The notes under the pieces: generated by a model
Told to the model about the DNA's origin: nothing
Databases searched by the model: none
What the model saw: only the letters and a program-made list of their open reading frames with translations
DNA from: Octopus vulgaris
Lineage: Eukaryota
Assembly: GCA_951406725.2 (NCBI GenBank)
Contig: OX597828.1
Span: 51,832,001 to 51,896,000, forward strand
Direction of reading: 5' to 3'
DNA length: 64,000 bases
Position numbers and translations under genes: made by a program
In this document: positions 1-13,143 of the stretch, piece after piece
Position numbering within the stretch: position 1 is the stretch's first letter
Layout: every line of letters starts with the position of its first letter

Positions 1-628
1 TTAAAAAAGAAAATCAACGAATGAAATGGAAAACAAATATTGAAAATATTGAAAGATAACTGTGTCAGTAACGCTTGCTAAATATATTGACCATTATCTG
101 AAATTATTTTGCATTTCATAAATATAAAGCGAGACAGATCGGATACAATGTGTTCCCATGTCGAAGTAAATAACGAAAATACGTTTCTTAATAATAGTAA
201 TCATATAGCACTTCTATTATGCATACAACGAGGAAAGACCCATTCGGCCCTAAATTAAACGTTGTATACTTAATTGGCATGTCGTGCGTAAACAAAGAGG
301 TTCTTAACGATAATAAAGACTTAAGTAAATGCCCTGTCATTTAGTCTTATTTTATCGCAATTCACACAGAAGAGGTACTCGCGGATTTAAACAGTTTAGG
401 AGCTAGTATCAGACGAATAGAAGAGCGCGCGTGTTGCGACAGTAGTGTTTAATAGAAAATTTAATAGTTTTATAGTTATCCAACAGACTCACACTAAAAA
501 TCTGCTTCAAGTTACGGACTCATTACTCTATTCATAATGTATTTTATATATGTATATTCAGGTTCTGTAACATTAAGTCTAGAACAGCAACCGAGGGTTT
601 TTCAATGGCTAACAAATTATCGTTGTCT

Positions 629-797
<169 letters not shown>

Positions 798-802
798 TAG
801 CG

Positions 803-1327
803 ATGATGAACAAAAGACCTATGTTTCAACATATTCAACCCCAAACAATTTCTCCCAACACATGGCTATGACGCACCCCCAGTACTTCTGCTCTCGTGAT
901 CAGAAATTGCACATATTGTCAGCCACTAAGTGACAAGCTCCGCTGGTTAACGTCAGGCAATTGACAAGTACGTCTGTGGGCAGAAACGTTAGCGCGCCGG
1001 GCGAAATGCTTAGCGGTATTTCGTCTGTGTTATGTTGTGAGTTCAAATTCCGCCGAGGTCGACTTTGCCTTTCATCCTTTCGGGGTCGATAAATTAAGTA
1101 CCAGTTACGCACTGGGGTCGATGTAATCGACTTAATACCTATGTCTGTCTGTCTTTGTTTGTCCCCTCTGTGTTTAGCCCCTTGTGGGTAATAAAGAAAT
1201 AGGTATTGAGCAGAATATTTGATGCGGCCCATATTTTTACACCAAGACAAAACATTGTACATGATAACACTTCCGATCAGTGAAGATCAGAAGCTATCAG
1301 AATCACTGCCCGGTACTGCATCAGGGC
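803..1327 (-). mobile_element. Diverged partial copy of the microsatellite-embedded non-coding element seen at 6563-7120, interrupted by a SINE
   Basis: 803-975 and 1203-1327 are the reverse complement of about 6565-6870 (e.g. ccaagacaaaacattgtacatgataacacttcc versus ggaagtgttatcatgtacattgttttgtcttgg). Confidence 0.85.
976..1202 (+). mobile_element. SINE (family with MetaSINE-like central domain), 5'-truncated, nested insertion
   Basis: B-box-like gagttcaaattcc; central gcctttcatcctttcggggtcgataaattaagtaccag; near-identical to the units at 27887-28480. Confidence 0.85.
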
Positions 1328-1428
1328 TTCTTCTTCTTCTTCTTCTTCTTCTTCTTCTTCTTCTTCTTCTTCTTCTTCTTCTTCTTCTTCTTCTTCTTCT
1401 TCTTCTTCTTCTTCTTCTTCTTCTTCTT

Positions 1429-1459
<31 letters not shown>

Positions 1460-1460
1460 A

Positions 1461-1520
<60 letters not shown>
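1327..1520. repeat. (CTT)n followed by (ATT)n microsatellite
   Basis: Directly visible. Confidence 0.95.
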
Positions 1521-1545
1521 TTTATATTATTTTTTTCCTTCTTTC

Positions 1546-2254
<709 letters not shown>

Positions 2255-2255
2255 T

Positions 2256-2680
2256 AAAACTCACCGTTTACCTTGATGAGTATGATGGAAAGTGTCATCT
2301 GTCCACAGCAGCAGACTAAGGGGGCACTTGTTTACTGGTCATGCTCCAAGAACCCTGCGAAAAATTCTTGCAGTTCCAAGCAATGCTGATTTTTGTAGAT
2401 GTTCTACCTTCACACTTGCACCAGTCTTTTTCAGCCATGCAGGTAGTTGAGTGCTGATACTTCCAAATGTACCAATTACTATTGGTATCACGTCTACTCT
2501 CTTCATTGACCACAACCTTCTTATTTCACACTTTAAGTCGTCATAGTTGTTTCTTTTTTCTTCATTTATGTTGATCCTGTTGTCACCAGGACATGCTATG
2601 TCGATTATTGTACGTGTTTTTTGTTTTTTATTCACCACAACAATGTCCGGTTTCCTATTCATTGGACTCTAGCATGCCAT
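2256..2680 (-). mobile_element. 3' fragment of RLE-type LINE (R4/Dong-like), restriction-like endonuclease domain
   Basis: ORF 2339-2662: RKPDIVVV..IIDIACPGD..Y.DLK.EI.RLW..VIPIVIGTFG..LQKSALLGTARIFRRVL (PD..D..K RLE motif); (TTA)n on both sides. Confidence 0.9.
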
Positions 2681-2681
2681 A

Positions 2682-2736
<55 letters not shown>

Positions 2737-3274
2737 CAACATTATTATTATTATTATCATTATCATCATTATCAACATTATTGTTATTATTATTATTATC
2801 ATTATTATTATTATTATTATTGCTGTTGTTGTTGTTGCTTTATTCTTCTTCTTCTCGATGTGCTTGTTGATCTTGTTCATGTTGTTGCTGATCCCCTGCT
2901 GTTATTGTTGTTGTTGTATAATTACATGCGATGACAAAGAGGTATACTTCTCCTTCAGAGAGGAATCCTCTAAGATGAGTGTACATAGGATGATATTGCT
3001 GCGGATATATACTTTTAACAAAGACAATATGAGCCTTCCCTCAAAGCCTCTAATCATAGGTGTGTGTTATGAAAATTAACTGCGCGTTAAAAAGCAAGAA
3101 CTTCATGACTTCAGGTATACTGATTAACACTCTATTGAAGCAATACTTACGATAAATTTCTAATTGACACCTGGGGATGTTGATTAATTTTCACTATTCA
3201 CTGTTATCTACTTGGGATTGGTAGTACGTTAATAATAAACGCTTTTAAAAGGCGAGTTTCTATTTCAGAAGTAA

Positions 3275-3409
3275 TTGATGATGATGATGATGATGATGAT
3301 GATGACTACGACGACGATGATGACGAGATACGACGATGACGACGGCAATGATGGTGGTGGTGGCGATGATGATGGTGGTGGTGATGATGGTGGTGGTGGT
3401 GGTGGTGGA

Positions 3410-3440
<31 letters not shown>

Positions 3441-3660
3441 ATGATGATGATACTGATGATGATGATGAGGAGGAGGAGGATGATGATGATGACGACAACG
3501 ACAATGATAGCGACAACGGGGAACATGGAGATGACGGTACTGGTTCTGGTGGTGGGTAATGATTATGATGACAATGACCACGACGACGGCGACGATGATA
3601 TCGATCTCAGTGGTGATAGCAACAACAGAGATGGTGTTGTGCATGATGATGATTATTATT
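3275..3660. repeat. Compound (GAT)/(GAC)/(GGT)/(GAG) trinucleotide low-complexity tract
   Basis: Directly visible. Confidence 0.9.
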
Positions 3661-4473
3661 ACAAACATAGTCACCATAACTATGCGGATGGTTGTCTCTG
3701 ATAATGAATTATAAGAAACCAGAAAACGATAAACTAACAAGAGAAACAATTGGCATCATTCTCTTGAAATTCTTTATCTTTTATTAATTCTATTGCGAAG
3801 TCTCTTTTATTCTCTCTTGGGCCATTTTCTTTGAAGTTCCATCCGATGTTCAACAAACTCGAAGTCATGAAGGAAAGTGTTATTTCTTCAAACGACATCA
3901 TACATATTACAAACACAAAATGCGTCCACACACAAGCTCACCTGCTCAATCACACACGCAAGCACACAAACACACACACACACACACACACACGCATGCA
4001 CAGACACACAGAGACTTATACGTACGCAAATACACACGTATATTCGATATAGCTTTACCCTCACACGCATCGCACATTTTCAATGAATGTCCACAATAAT
4101 GAATGCCAAGGCTATAAAAAAAAACTGCATCAATTTCCCAATTATGTCGAATTAGCTGATAATCACCTCGAACACGCAGTAGTTGTTTTAAATGATTTAT
4201 TCACGTTGTTGAATATTTTGTAGAAATAACTGCGCTGGTTTCAGTCCAACGTATTATTGTATTCGAAAATATCTGTTAAAGTGTAAAATCCGTTTCTCAT
4301 TTGCTATATTCAGTCTCTAATTCCGAAACATTTTTCTTATCGGCGTTCCTCTACATTTGACTGCATCTTAAACTCTACCACCTCTCCTTCTCTTTATTTT
4401 TCTGAATGCATGTGTGTGTGCATGTGTCTTTTTCTCTCTCTCTCTTTCTCTAGCGACCTTGATACACAAACAC

Positions 4474-4536
<63 letters not shown>

Positions 4537-5028
4537 TGTCTCGATATATGCGAGTTAATTCGATCTTGAAGGTCGCTCATAGAGCGAAAACTCGTAAATA
4601 GGGGCAATGATTTCCCATCGTAGCAATGTTATCAATTGCAATTCGCTCCCAGATAAATATTTTTACCTATAAAATTTATAATACTCGTAAATAAATGGCA
4701 ATTAAATAACAGTAGAATGTAAAGAATATTTTATGTAAAGCAAAAAGAATGTCAAGATCATGTATAATACAAAATATTATTATAATCGTTTACTGAATTA
4801 TTTCAATCGCTCTAGATTCGCGCGCACTATCACTTGTAAACGTGATCGCAGATTCACAAGCACTCACAGACGGACTTGTGGATTTCTTTCTTAAAAAAGT
4901 CTAGATTTCTTTTTTTTTTTTGTATTCTAGATATACATAAATAGATCGATAGACAGATAGATAGATACATACATACATGCATACGTACGTACATGGATAG
5001 ATAGATAGATAGATAGATACCCAGATAG

Positions 5029-5076
<48 letters not shown>

Positions 5077-5529
5077 GGTGGATAGATAGATTAAAAGATA
5101 GATAGATAGATAGAGAGAGAGAGACAGACAGACAGACAGAGATAGACAGACACATATATATTTATATTGCTCCAGTGTATTGTCATAATTAACATATTAA
5201 TATTGCGCAGAGCCGTTGATGTTTATGAGGGAAAAGATAAAGCTTTGCGCAATATTGCGTTAGTGACCACAGAGTAATATAGTCAGATTCTGTTCAATCT
5301 CAGTTTACGTGGCGTTTAAGAACTTTCGACAAGTCAATATTTAAAAACCATGCGCGTGTACCTCGTTTGGTTCGATCATATATAGCAATACATAAAATGT
5401 AATAAATAGCTAGCGTTATGGAAGCATATTTTCGAAGAAAAAGGAAAATAATTGCAACAATTTATATACAAAAGTCACATTGGTCTTCGTATAGAATATA
5501 GAAAGAAAACCTTTGTCAAGGAGAGCGTG

Positions 5530-6180
5530 TACATATATCCAGCATACAGTATCGTCTTAGTTATTCTTAATGCAGTATTATTGTGAAATAACAAAGTAAT
5601 AAAATTGAAATCCGATGTATGTTGTAAAAGAATGTACGAAGCTGGCCTGAAAGGAATGCAAAAGAAGACACAATAATTTCGCAAGAATGATTCATTTGCA
5701 GCTCTATGGAGAGTACTTGGTATTGTATGGGCAAACCTCAGTAGGAATAATAGAAAATGGTAAAGTAAATATACTGTGCGATGTAATAAACCAATGTGAC
5801 TATTAATTTTACTATCAAGAACCAAATATAATGATTGTGAATAAGGAAGGGAAACCCTATGTTATCATAGATAATGATTACATGCACTATGTTGACAGAC
5901 TATCGGAAAGAGAAGAAGAGAAGCAGATCCCATATGATGATTTAAAACGGGAGATAAAAGAACTGTGGTCAATGAAGAATGTGAAAGTTATTTCTGGAGT
6001 TCTGGAGATATACGTGTGTAACTCATAAACTGGATAGCAATAAATATCTACGTAAATCCTCCGCATGAATCCTCCGCAAAATTCTATAAATCTGAATGAA
6101 GCATATACCCTTAACACAATGGCTGTAAAGAGCTGATGCTTTGTTACATAATCCAGCTAAGATGCATGTTAAAAAAACGA
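5530..6180 (+). mobile_element. Highly decayed RLE-type LINE 3' fragment
   Basis: Broken frames give GIIENGKVNILCD, MIVNKEGKPYVIID and YDDLKREIKELWSMKNVKVI, homologous to 2339-2662; followed by (TAA)n. Confidence 0.7.
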
Positions 6181-6187
6181 AAACATC

Positions 6188-6215
6188 AATAATAATAATA
6201 ATAATAATAATAATG

Positions 6216-6279
<64 letters not shown>

Positions 6280-6478
6280 TAATAATAAGGATAATAATAA
6301 TAATAATAATAATAAGAAGAAGAAGAAGAATAAGAAGAAGAAGAAGAAGATGATGATGATGATGATGATGTTGATGATGATGATTATGATGATGATAAAA
6401 TAATAATAATAATAAGAAGAAGAAGATGATGATGATGATGATGATGATAATGATGATAAAATAATAATAATAATAATG

Positions 6479-6562
<84 letters not shown>
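6188..6562. repeat. Compound (TAA)n/(GAA)n/(GAT)n microsatellite
   Basis: Directly visible. Confidence 0.95.
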
Positions 6563-6565
<3 letters not shown>

Positions 6566-7120
6566 GCCCTGATGCAGTACCAGGCAGAGGCTCTCATGGC
6601 TTCTGATCTTAACTGATTGGAAGTGTTATCATGTACATTGTTTTGTCTTGGTATAAAAGATGGGCTACAGCAAATATTCAGCTCAATACCACAGATTTGC
6701 TTGTCAGTTGTTTGACCTTAACCAGTTGAGCATGTCCCTTAGTGGCTGACGATATGTGCATCTCTGATCACGAGCAGAAGTAGTGGGGGAGCATCATAGC
6801 CATGTGTTGAGAGGGATTCTTTGGGGTTTGAATAGTTCACCTCTGGAAACATGGGTGGTTCTTTCAACATCATTAAACAACCCTTATTCAGGGACCGTTT
6901 GAGCGGGATGGGCTACTCAACCTGAAGAAAATTCTAACTGGGCCCCACCTGCAAGGTCATGTGCTGTTTATCTTGATATGAGATCACCATGTCGCGCACA
7001 TATGGTTGTGATGCATGTGCCTGGTGTACCTTTATCAGACGGGTAGTCATGATGGGTATATTGGGCTTCGTATATTTTACCCCAGTGTCACTTTGATGGC
7101 ATGAACTGCTCTCTCACTCA
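6563..7120 (+). mobile_element. ~560-bp non-coding interspersed repeat embedded in (TAA)n
   Basis: Sharp boundaries into (TAA)n on both sides; second diverged copy at 803-1327; no ORF. Confidence 0.75.
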
Positions 7121-7344
7121 ATAATAATAATAATGATAATAATTCGGGGTACCCTGAAAGAGCAGAATACTGGCAACGCAAGACCCATCTTTAACCAGAA
7201 ATTGGAGGGTGAATTAAGGAAAGTATTATTTGAAAAGAAAATATAGCATGGTGACATAGACTACAGGTAGGAAGCCCACTACGCATGCAACACTGAAAGA
7301 GTTCCAACACAGACTGAGTAAAAAGAATTATTATCATTATTATC

Positions 7345-7734
7345 GTTATTGTTTTGCTTCTAAGAACGTTCGGTCATGTTTGTTCTGGTAGATACTGTGA
7401 GAGCGGACGGCAGCCTGCTGTGAGATGTCTCACGGGGTTTCTTTCAGCACATTATAAGCTTTGATACTTAGATGTTAATTATCCTGCGAGGCATCCAACA
7501 TCTAAGTATCAATCACGAAATCTTAGCTGCCCCACCCCAACAGAACAATTTTTTTGTTTTTTTTTTTTTGTCTTTCTCTGCTCTCGTGTTAATTCCGATT
7601 TCTTTGACATATTTCTCGAACTTGGTTGTTAGTGCTCCGAGTGCCCCTACAATTACTGGAATGACAGACATTCTACCCATAGTCCACTTTCTTGCAATTT
7701 CATCTTGTCGAAGTCTGTACTTTTCAACTTTCTC
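7345..7734 (-). mobile_element. Decayed RLE-type LINE 3' end
   Basis: Minus strand reads EKVEKYRLRQDEIARKWTMGRMSVIPVIVGALGALTTKFEKYVKEIGI, a Dong-like C-terminus. Confidence 0.75.
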
Positions 7735-8085
7735 TAATGGATTTGCAAGAAAGTAATTTCGTTTTTTAGTGTGAAATAAACGTCATTTATTTTCATACAA
7801 TAAATGAACTTTAATCGATTATATAGTTTCCATTTTGTTCGATGACCTTTTGCTATCTTTCTAGCAACTTCATGATTCCGCATTCATAGAACTTCTGGTC
7901 CTTATCAGCCAAAAACTGAAGCAAGTGCAATTGTAGGTCATCATCATTATTGAAAGTTTTACCATTGAAAGAATTTTGCAAACTTCGAGACAAATGGTAA
8001 TCTGAGAATACAAGGTCAGGGCTATATGTTACATGTGACATCACTTCCCAGCCAAGCACCAATAATTTTTTACAAGTTAGCAGTC
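7735..8085 (-). mobile_element. mariner transposon 3' fragment (transposase C-terminus plus TIR)
   Basis: ORF 7853-8143 contains LGWEVMSH..YSPDLVFSDYHLSRSLQNSFNGKTF (mariner YSPDLAPxD motif); TA followed by TIR-like atggatttgcaagaaagtaatttcg at 7735-7761. Confidence 0.9.
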
Positions 8086-8174
8086 TAGGTACATAGTGTC
8101 TGTCAGTATCGCTTTTGGTGGTGTAATTATTAATTGTCATCATTTATCTAGTTTTCCTGTCAATTACCTCAAGT

Positions 8175-8175
8175 A

Positions 8176-8243
<68 letters not shown>

Positions 8244-8250
8244 CATTATT

Positions 8251-8324
<74 letters not shown>
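8175..8324. repeat. (TTA)n microsatellite
   Basis: Directly visible. Confidence 0.95.
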
Positions 8325-8326
<2 letters not shown>

Positions 8327-9323
8327 GTTTGACTTTTGCTTTACATTTGCAGAAGCTGGCTCCAAGTCTCACCCAGAGACCTCAAGAGACAACAAGTTGG
8401 AAGTTCATATTGGTGTTATGCCTAGGGTGCCATATATTTGGTTTTGTACTTAGTGTTGTACTAGTGAATTCCTAAAAGACCATACGAAAATTATGTTTGT
8501 TTTAAAACTTGAGATTACAAAGACAGCATTATTTTTATTATTATTACCAGATATTTTGTAAAAAAATCATGCTGAAATTATGTCTTTTGATGGCTACTGC
8601 AACTCTTGCTATCTTGAAAAAAAAAAAACAACTCTGAAAACTTTTGTCAAATTGATGAATATTGATTAAGGTTGATAAATATCTAATTATGATTTTGGCA
8701 CAAGGCAAACAATTTTGACTGAAATGTTTAGTCTATAACATTGACACAGAAAGAATGAAAAGCGCAGTTGACATTGGCGAGTCACAAATTTAGAAGTTTG
8801 AAGCTAGAAAATTCTTAGTCCAATTAAGAATTATAAAATAAATAAAACATGTTTTTCAATATTTTATATAGCGGGAACTCTAACTAATGGAAACTAGCTT
8901 AAGTTATGAATCAAATTCAGATACGGATAAAAAAGAAGACAAAATGTTTTGAAATATCTAGACAAAATTCCAAAATATTCTGAAGAAACAATGGATAGAA
9001 TTACTTCATTGCCAATAAATCGCATGGCGCCAAAGTGTTGAAGAAAACTAGAGTGAAAGCTAACAATGGCTAAAATTTTCGGTGGATAGAAATACGGAGA
9101 GAATACCAGAGTTTTGATGCAGAGCACCAATACCTCGCATAAAGAATTGTAAAAAAGAAGCATCGCAATATTAAAATGAAAATATTGTAACCAGTAGAAA
9201 AATATATGTAACATTATTTCTGGTTGCCAAAATTCGGCAATGATTGATGTCTTTTCTATCTGTCCTTCTCTTTCTCTGTCTGTCTGTTTGTCTCTCTCTC
9301 TCTCTTTCTGTCTCTGTCTGTTT

Positions 9324-9363
<40 letters not shown>

Positions 9364-9726
9364 ATGTCTGTCTATCTCTCCGTCTCTGTCTTTCTGACTC
9401 TCTGTCTCTCTCTGTCTCTCATCTCTCTGTCTCTCATCTCTCTGTCTCTCTTTCCCTTGAACATACGCACACACGTGCACGCACTCTAACGCATACACAC
9501 AGAGACACACATGCACACAAGTACAAACACAGACACGCACGCAAGTACACACACAGACACGCACATGTAATTGTTTCAGAAGCTGTGTCCACAGAATTAT
9601 AAACCAATCCTTCAAAGTCAAAATGAATATGTAGTAACATAAGAATTCATCAAATACGATAATAAAATTAATCCACATCGACAAGGAGCTCAAAACAAAA
9701 TATCCAAATATAACAATAAAAATGTT

Positions 9727-9813
9727 CGTAACCTGAACCACATTTTGTAACATGGACCACATTACGTAACCTGAACCACATTTCCTAACCTGAACCACAT
9801 TTCCTAACCTGAA
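9727..9813. repeat. 19-bp minisatellite, about 4.5 copies (cgtaacctgaaccacattt)
   Basis: Tandem units directly visible. Confidence 0.85.
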
Positions 9814-10585
9814 GCTGAATTCCTTTAAAGTAGACTATTGTCTTGAAGGGCGCAGAGATGTCACAGGACGAGGATCTAAAATTTGAACAAGAATTTTTAA
9901 TAATTTGAATATTTGGTGTGATTAATAAAGGGACACAACGGGTAGGGAATATTCAAGGGCCGTAACATTACGCAACACATTATAAAAGGTGGCTCTTGTT
10001 GACACAAACTTCTTCCTAGTCATGGTATCTTTAGCTAATAGCACACTCCTTACACATTAAATATGCTATATACGAACATCACCCAATAAAATTACGCAAC
10101 TTATACAACACTACATAATAGAATCCACACCAAGCAATATAACACAAAACATACACCTTTCATCATTCACCGATGTTAGCTAAACGTTCTTATATGAGAG
10201 ATATCGAAAAATAACAAGAAAAATATATAATTTAAAGTCGGCGCCTCTGAGCATAGCCGAAACGAAAGACAACATCAAAATACATAACACAACTCAAACG
10301 GTACAAAGTGCACGAGAGACAGGAACGATATATAAAAAGTATGAGAAGAAACGACAAAACAGAGGCCACAATGGTGTATTAAGTTATGTCTAATACGAAG
10401 ACAGCACTATAGCCTTGGGATATAATGGTGCACAGACTTCTTCGGTAAGACGCTGATGATGGTGATGCAGCTAGCGCAGCAGTAGAGACTCTCAGGAAAT
10501 AGCTGAGCACAGGATGATAAAGAAGAATAGGAGTGTAGACAAGTGGAGAAAAATACATCAAGAAGAAAAGATATGAAAGAAAGGG

Positions 10586-10626
10586 ATAATAATAATAATA
10601 ATATTGATGATGATGATAATAATAAC

Positions 10627-10662
<36 letters not shown>

Positions 10663-10714
10663 TATTATTATTATTATTATTAATATTATTATTATTATTA
10701 TTATTATTATTATG

Positions 10715-10746
<32 letters not shown>

Positions 10747-10768
10747 CATTATTATTATTATTATGATG

Positions 10769-10800
<32 letters not shown>

Positions 10801-10893
10801 CATTATTATTATTATTATTATTATCATTATTATTATTATTATGATTATTATTATTATTATTATCATTATTGTTATTATCATTATTATTATTAT
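10586..10893. repeat. (TAA)n switching to (TTA)n at about 10660
   Basis: aataataata|attattatta polarity switch visible at 10660/10661. Confidence 0.95.
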
Positions 10894-12340
10894 TCAGTAG
10901 TTTTATTTTTATAGCGTGCTTTCACTTCACTACCGAGCGCAGCTCTGTGTGCCTTGGGTATGTGCCGTGATTTGTTGTGATGCTCTGATGGTTATTGTAT
11001 GGAAAGTGTTCTGCGTAGGATGTGTGCAGTGCCTAGTAGTGCAATTTTCTGTATGTTATATGTGTTTGTAAGTCCTGGTGTTTTTGTTATGTATTTGTCT
11101 GAATATTTTTTTATCATGCCTAATGCACCTACTATGATAGGAATTGTTTCTGTTTTCAGGTTCCACATTCTAGTTACCTCTATTTCCAGGTCTTTGTATT
11201 TTGAGAGTTTCTCCATTTCTTTTAGTGACACGTTGTCATCTGCCGGTATTGATACATCAATTAGAAAGCATTTTTTTCTTCATGATCTCTGACAACTATA
11301 TCTGGTCTGTTGGCCTTAATTTCTCTATCTGTGTGTATCGGCATATCCCAGAGTATGGTTGCTTTCTCGTTTTCTGTGACCTTTTCTGGTGTGTGCCTAT
11401 ACCATCTTTTTTCTGTTGTTATTCCATAATGTTGGCATAGCTTCCAATGTATGTAGGTTCCAACTCTGTCATGTCTGTGAATATATTCCTTCTTAGCTAG
11501 GACTGGGCAGCTAGAGATAATATGATTTATTGTTTCTTGTCCATCTCCACATATTCTGCAGTTACTTGTAATATTTCTTTTCATTACATGTTTTTGGTAA
11601 TTTCTGGTGGGGAGGCTTTGGTCTTGTGCTGCAATTAAAAATCCCTCTGTTTCTGCTTTGAGTCCTGAGCTTCTCAACCATTGCTGGGATTTTTCTTTGT
11701 CTATTTCTTTTGCGTTTAGTTAAGTGCAGTATTTACCATGAAGGGGCTTTTCTTGCCATCGTTTTATCATGGCTCGTTGCTGTTCTATTTTTAGTTTGGA
11801 TTTCATTTGTTTTATAGCTTTTGTTGTTTCTTCATCATCTTCTTCTTCTTCTTTGTGTTTATTAGGTGGTATGATTTCATGTTTGTATTTGTCAGCTTCC
11901 TTAAATACTGAGAACAGTTTTTTTGTTTTGCTCGTGTTTTGCTGCTATCTGGATCAGTTTTCCTTCCTTCTGAAGTAGGTATTTTTGCAGTCCTATGGTG
12001 GTTATTTTATAGTAGTTTTCCAGCTGTATAAGGCCTCTACCACCTTCTATACGTTGTATATATAGTCTTTCTATGTCAGATTTTGGGTGATGCATCCTAG
12101 ATCCTGTCAGTATTTTTCCTGTTTTCCTATCTATTTTGGACAGTTCATTTCGTGTCCAGTTAAGGATGTTGTAGCTGTAACTTATAACTGGGACAGCTAA
12201 AGTGTTGATACCTATTATCTTGTTTTTAGCATTGAGCTCTGTTTTTAGTATTGATCTAACTCGTCTATAATATTCTTTTTTTATTTTCTCTTTCATTTGT
12301 GTGTGTTGTGTCTTATCTAGTTCATGGATTCCTAAGTATT
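10894..12340 (-). mobile_element. 5'-truncated R4/Dong-like RLE LINE (RT C-terminus, CCHC zinc knuckle, RLE, 3'UTR)
   Basis: YLGI..KEYYRRVRSILKTELNAKNKI..GGRGL (RT end/thumb); CRICGDGQETINHIISSC (CCHC); RHD; RPDIVV..IDVSIP..KY.DL (RLE); frameshifts in A-runs; bounded by (TAA)n in element sense, the known Dong target. Confidence 0.93.
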
Positions 12341-12398
12341 ATTATTATTATTATTATCATTATTATTATTATCATTATTATTATTATTATCATTATTA

Positions 12399-12465
<67 letters not shown>

Positions 12466-12502
12466 CCTTATTATCATTATTATCATTATTATTATTATCA
12501 TC
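12338..12502. repeat. (TTA)/(TCA) microsatellite between the two LINE copies
   Basis: Directly visible. Confidence 0.95.
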
Positions 12503-12512
12503 CTCAATATTT

Positions 12513-13143
12513 TTATCATCTCTGACTGCCCAGTCCTGGCTAAGAAGGAATATATTCACAGGCATGACAGAGTTGGAACCTACATACACTGGAAGCTCTG
12601 CCAACATTATGGAATAACAACAGAAAAAAGATGGTATATGCACACACCAGAAAAGGTCACAGAAAACGAGAAAGCAACCATACTCTGGGATATGCTGATA
12701 CACACAGATAGAGAAATTAAGGCCAACAGACCAGATATAGTTGTCAGAGATCATGAAGAAAAAAAATGCTTTCTAATTGATGTATCTATACCGGCAGATG
12801 AGAACGTGTCTCTAAAAGAAATGGAGAAACTCTCAAAATACAAAGACCTGGAAATAGAGATAACCAGAATGTGGAATCTAAAAACAGAAACAATCCCTAT
12901 CATAGTAGGTGCATTAGGCATGGTAAAAACATATTCAGACAAATACATAACAAAAACACCAGGACTTACAAACACATATAACATACAGAAAATTGCACTA
13001 CTAGGCACTGCACACATCCTACGCAGAACACTTTTCATACAATAACCATCAGAGCATCACAACAAATCACAGCACATACCCAAGGCACACAGAGCTGCGC
13101 TCGGTAGTGAAGTGAAAGCACGCTATAAAAATAAAACTACTGA
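12513..13143 (+). mobile_element. Second, shorter copy of the same R4/Dong-like LINE (RLE domain plus 3'UTR), opposite orientation
   Basis: Open frame CPVLAKKEYIHRHDRVG..RPDIVVRDHEEKKCFLIDVSIP..LLGTAHILRRTL; 3'UTR matches the reverse complement of 10894-10990; ends in (TAA)n. Confidence 0.93.

Noticed and set aside
370-452. Possible terminal exon EEVLADLNSLGASIRRIEERACCDSSV*
   Set aside because: Only a modest acceptor and no corroborating exon.
3734-3931. Minus ORF ending NCFSC*, reminiscent of a prenylated GTPase tail
   Set aside because: No convincing splice acceptor and no GTPase exons elsewhere in the window.
10230-10585. Possible old HERO-like LINE 3' end before (TAA)n
   Set aside because: Only a vague peptide resemblance.
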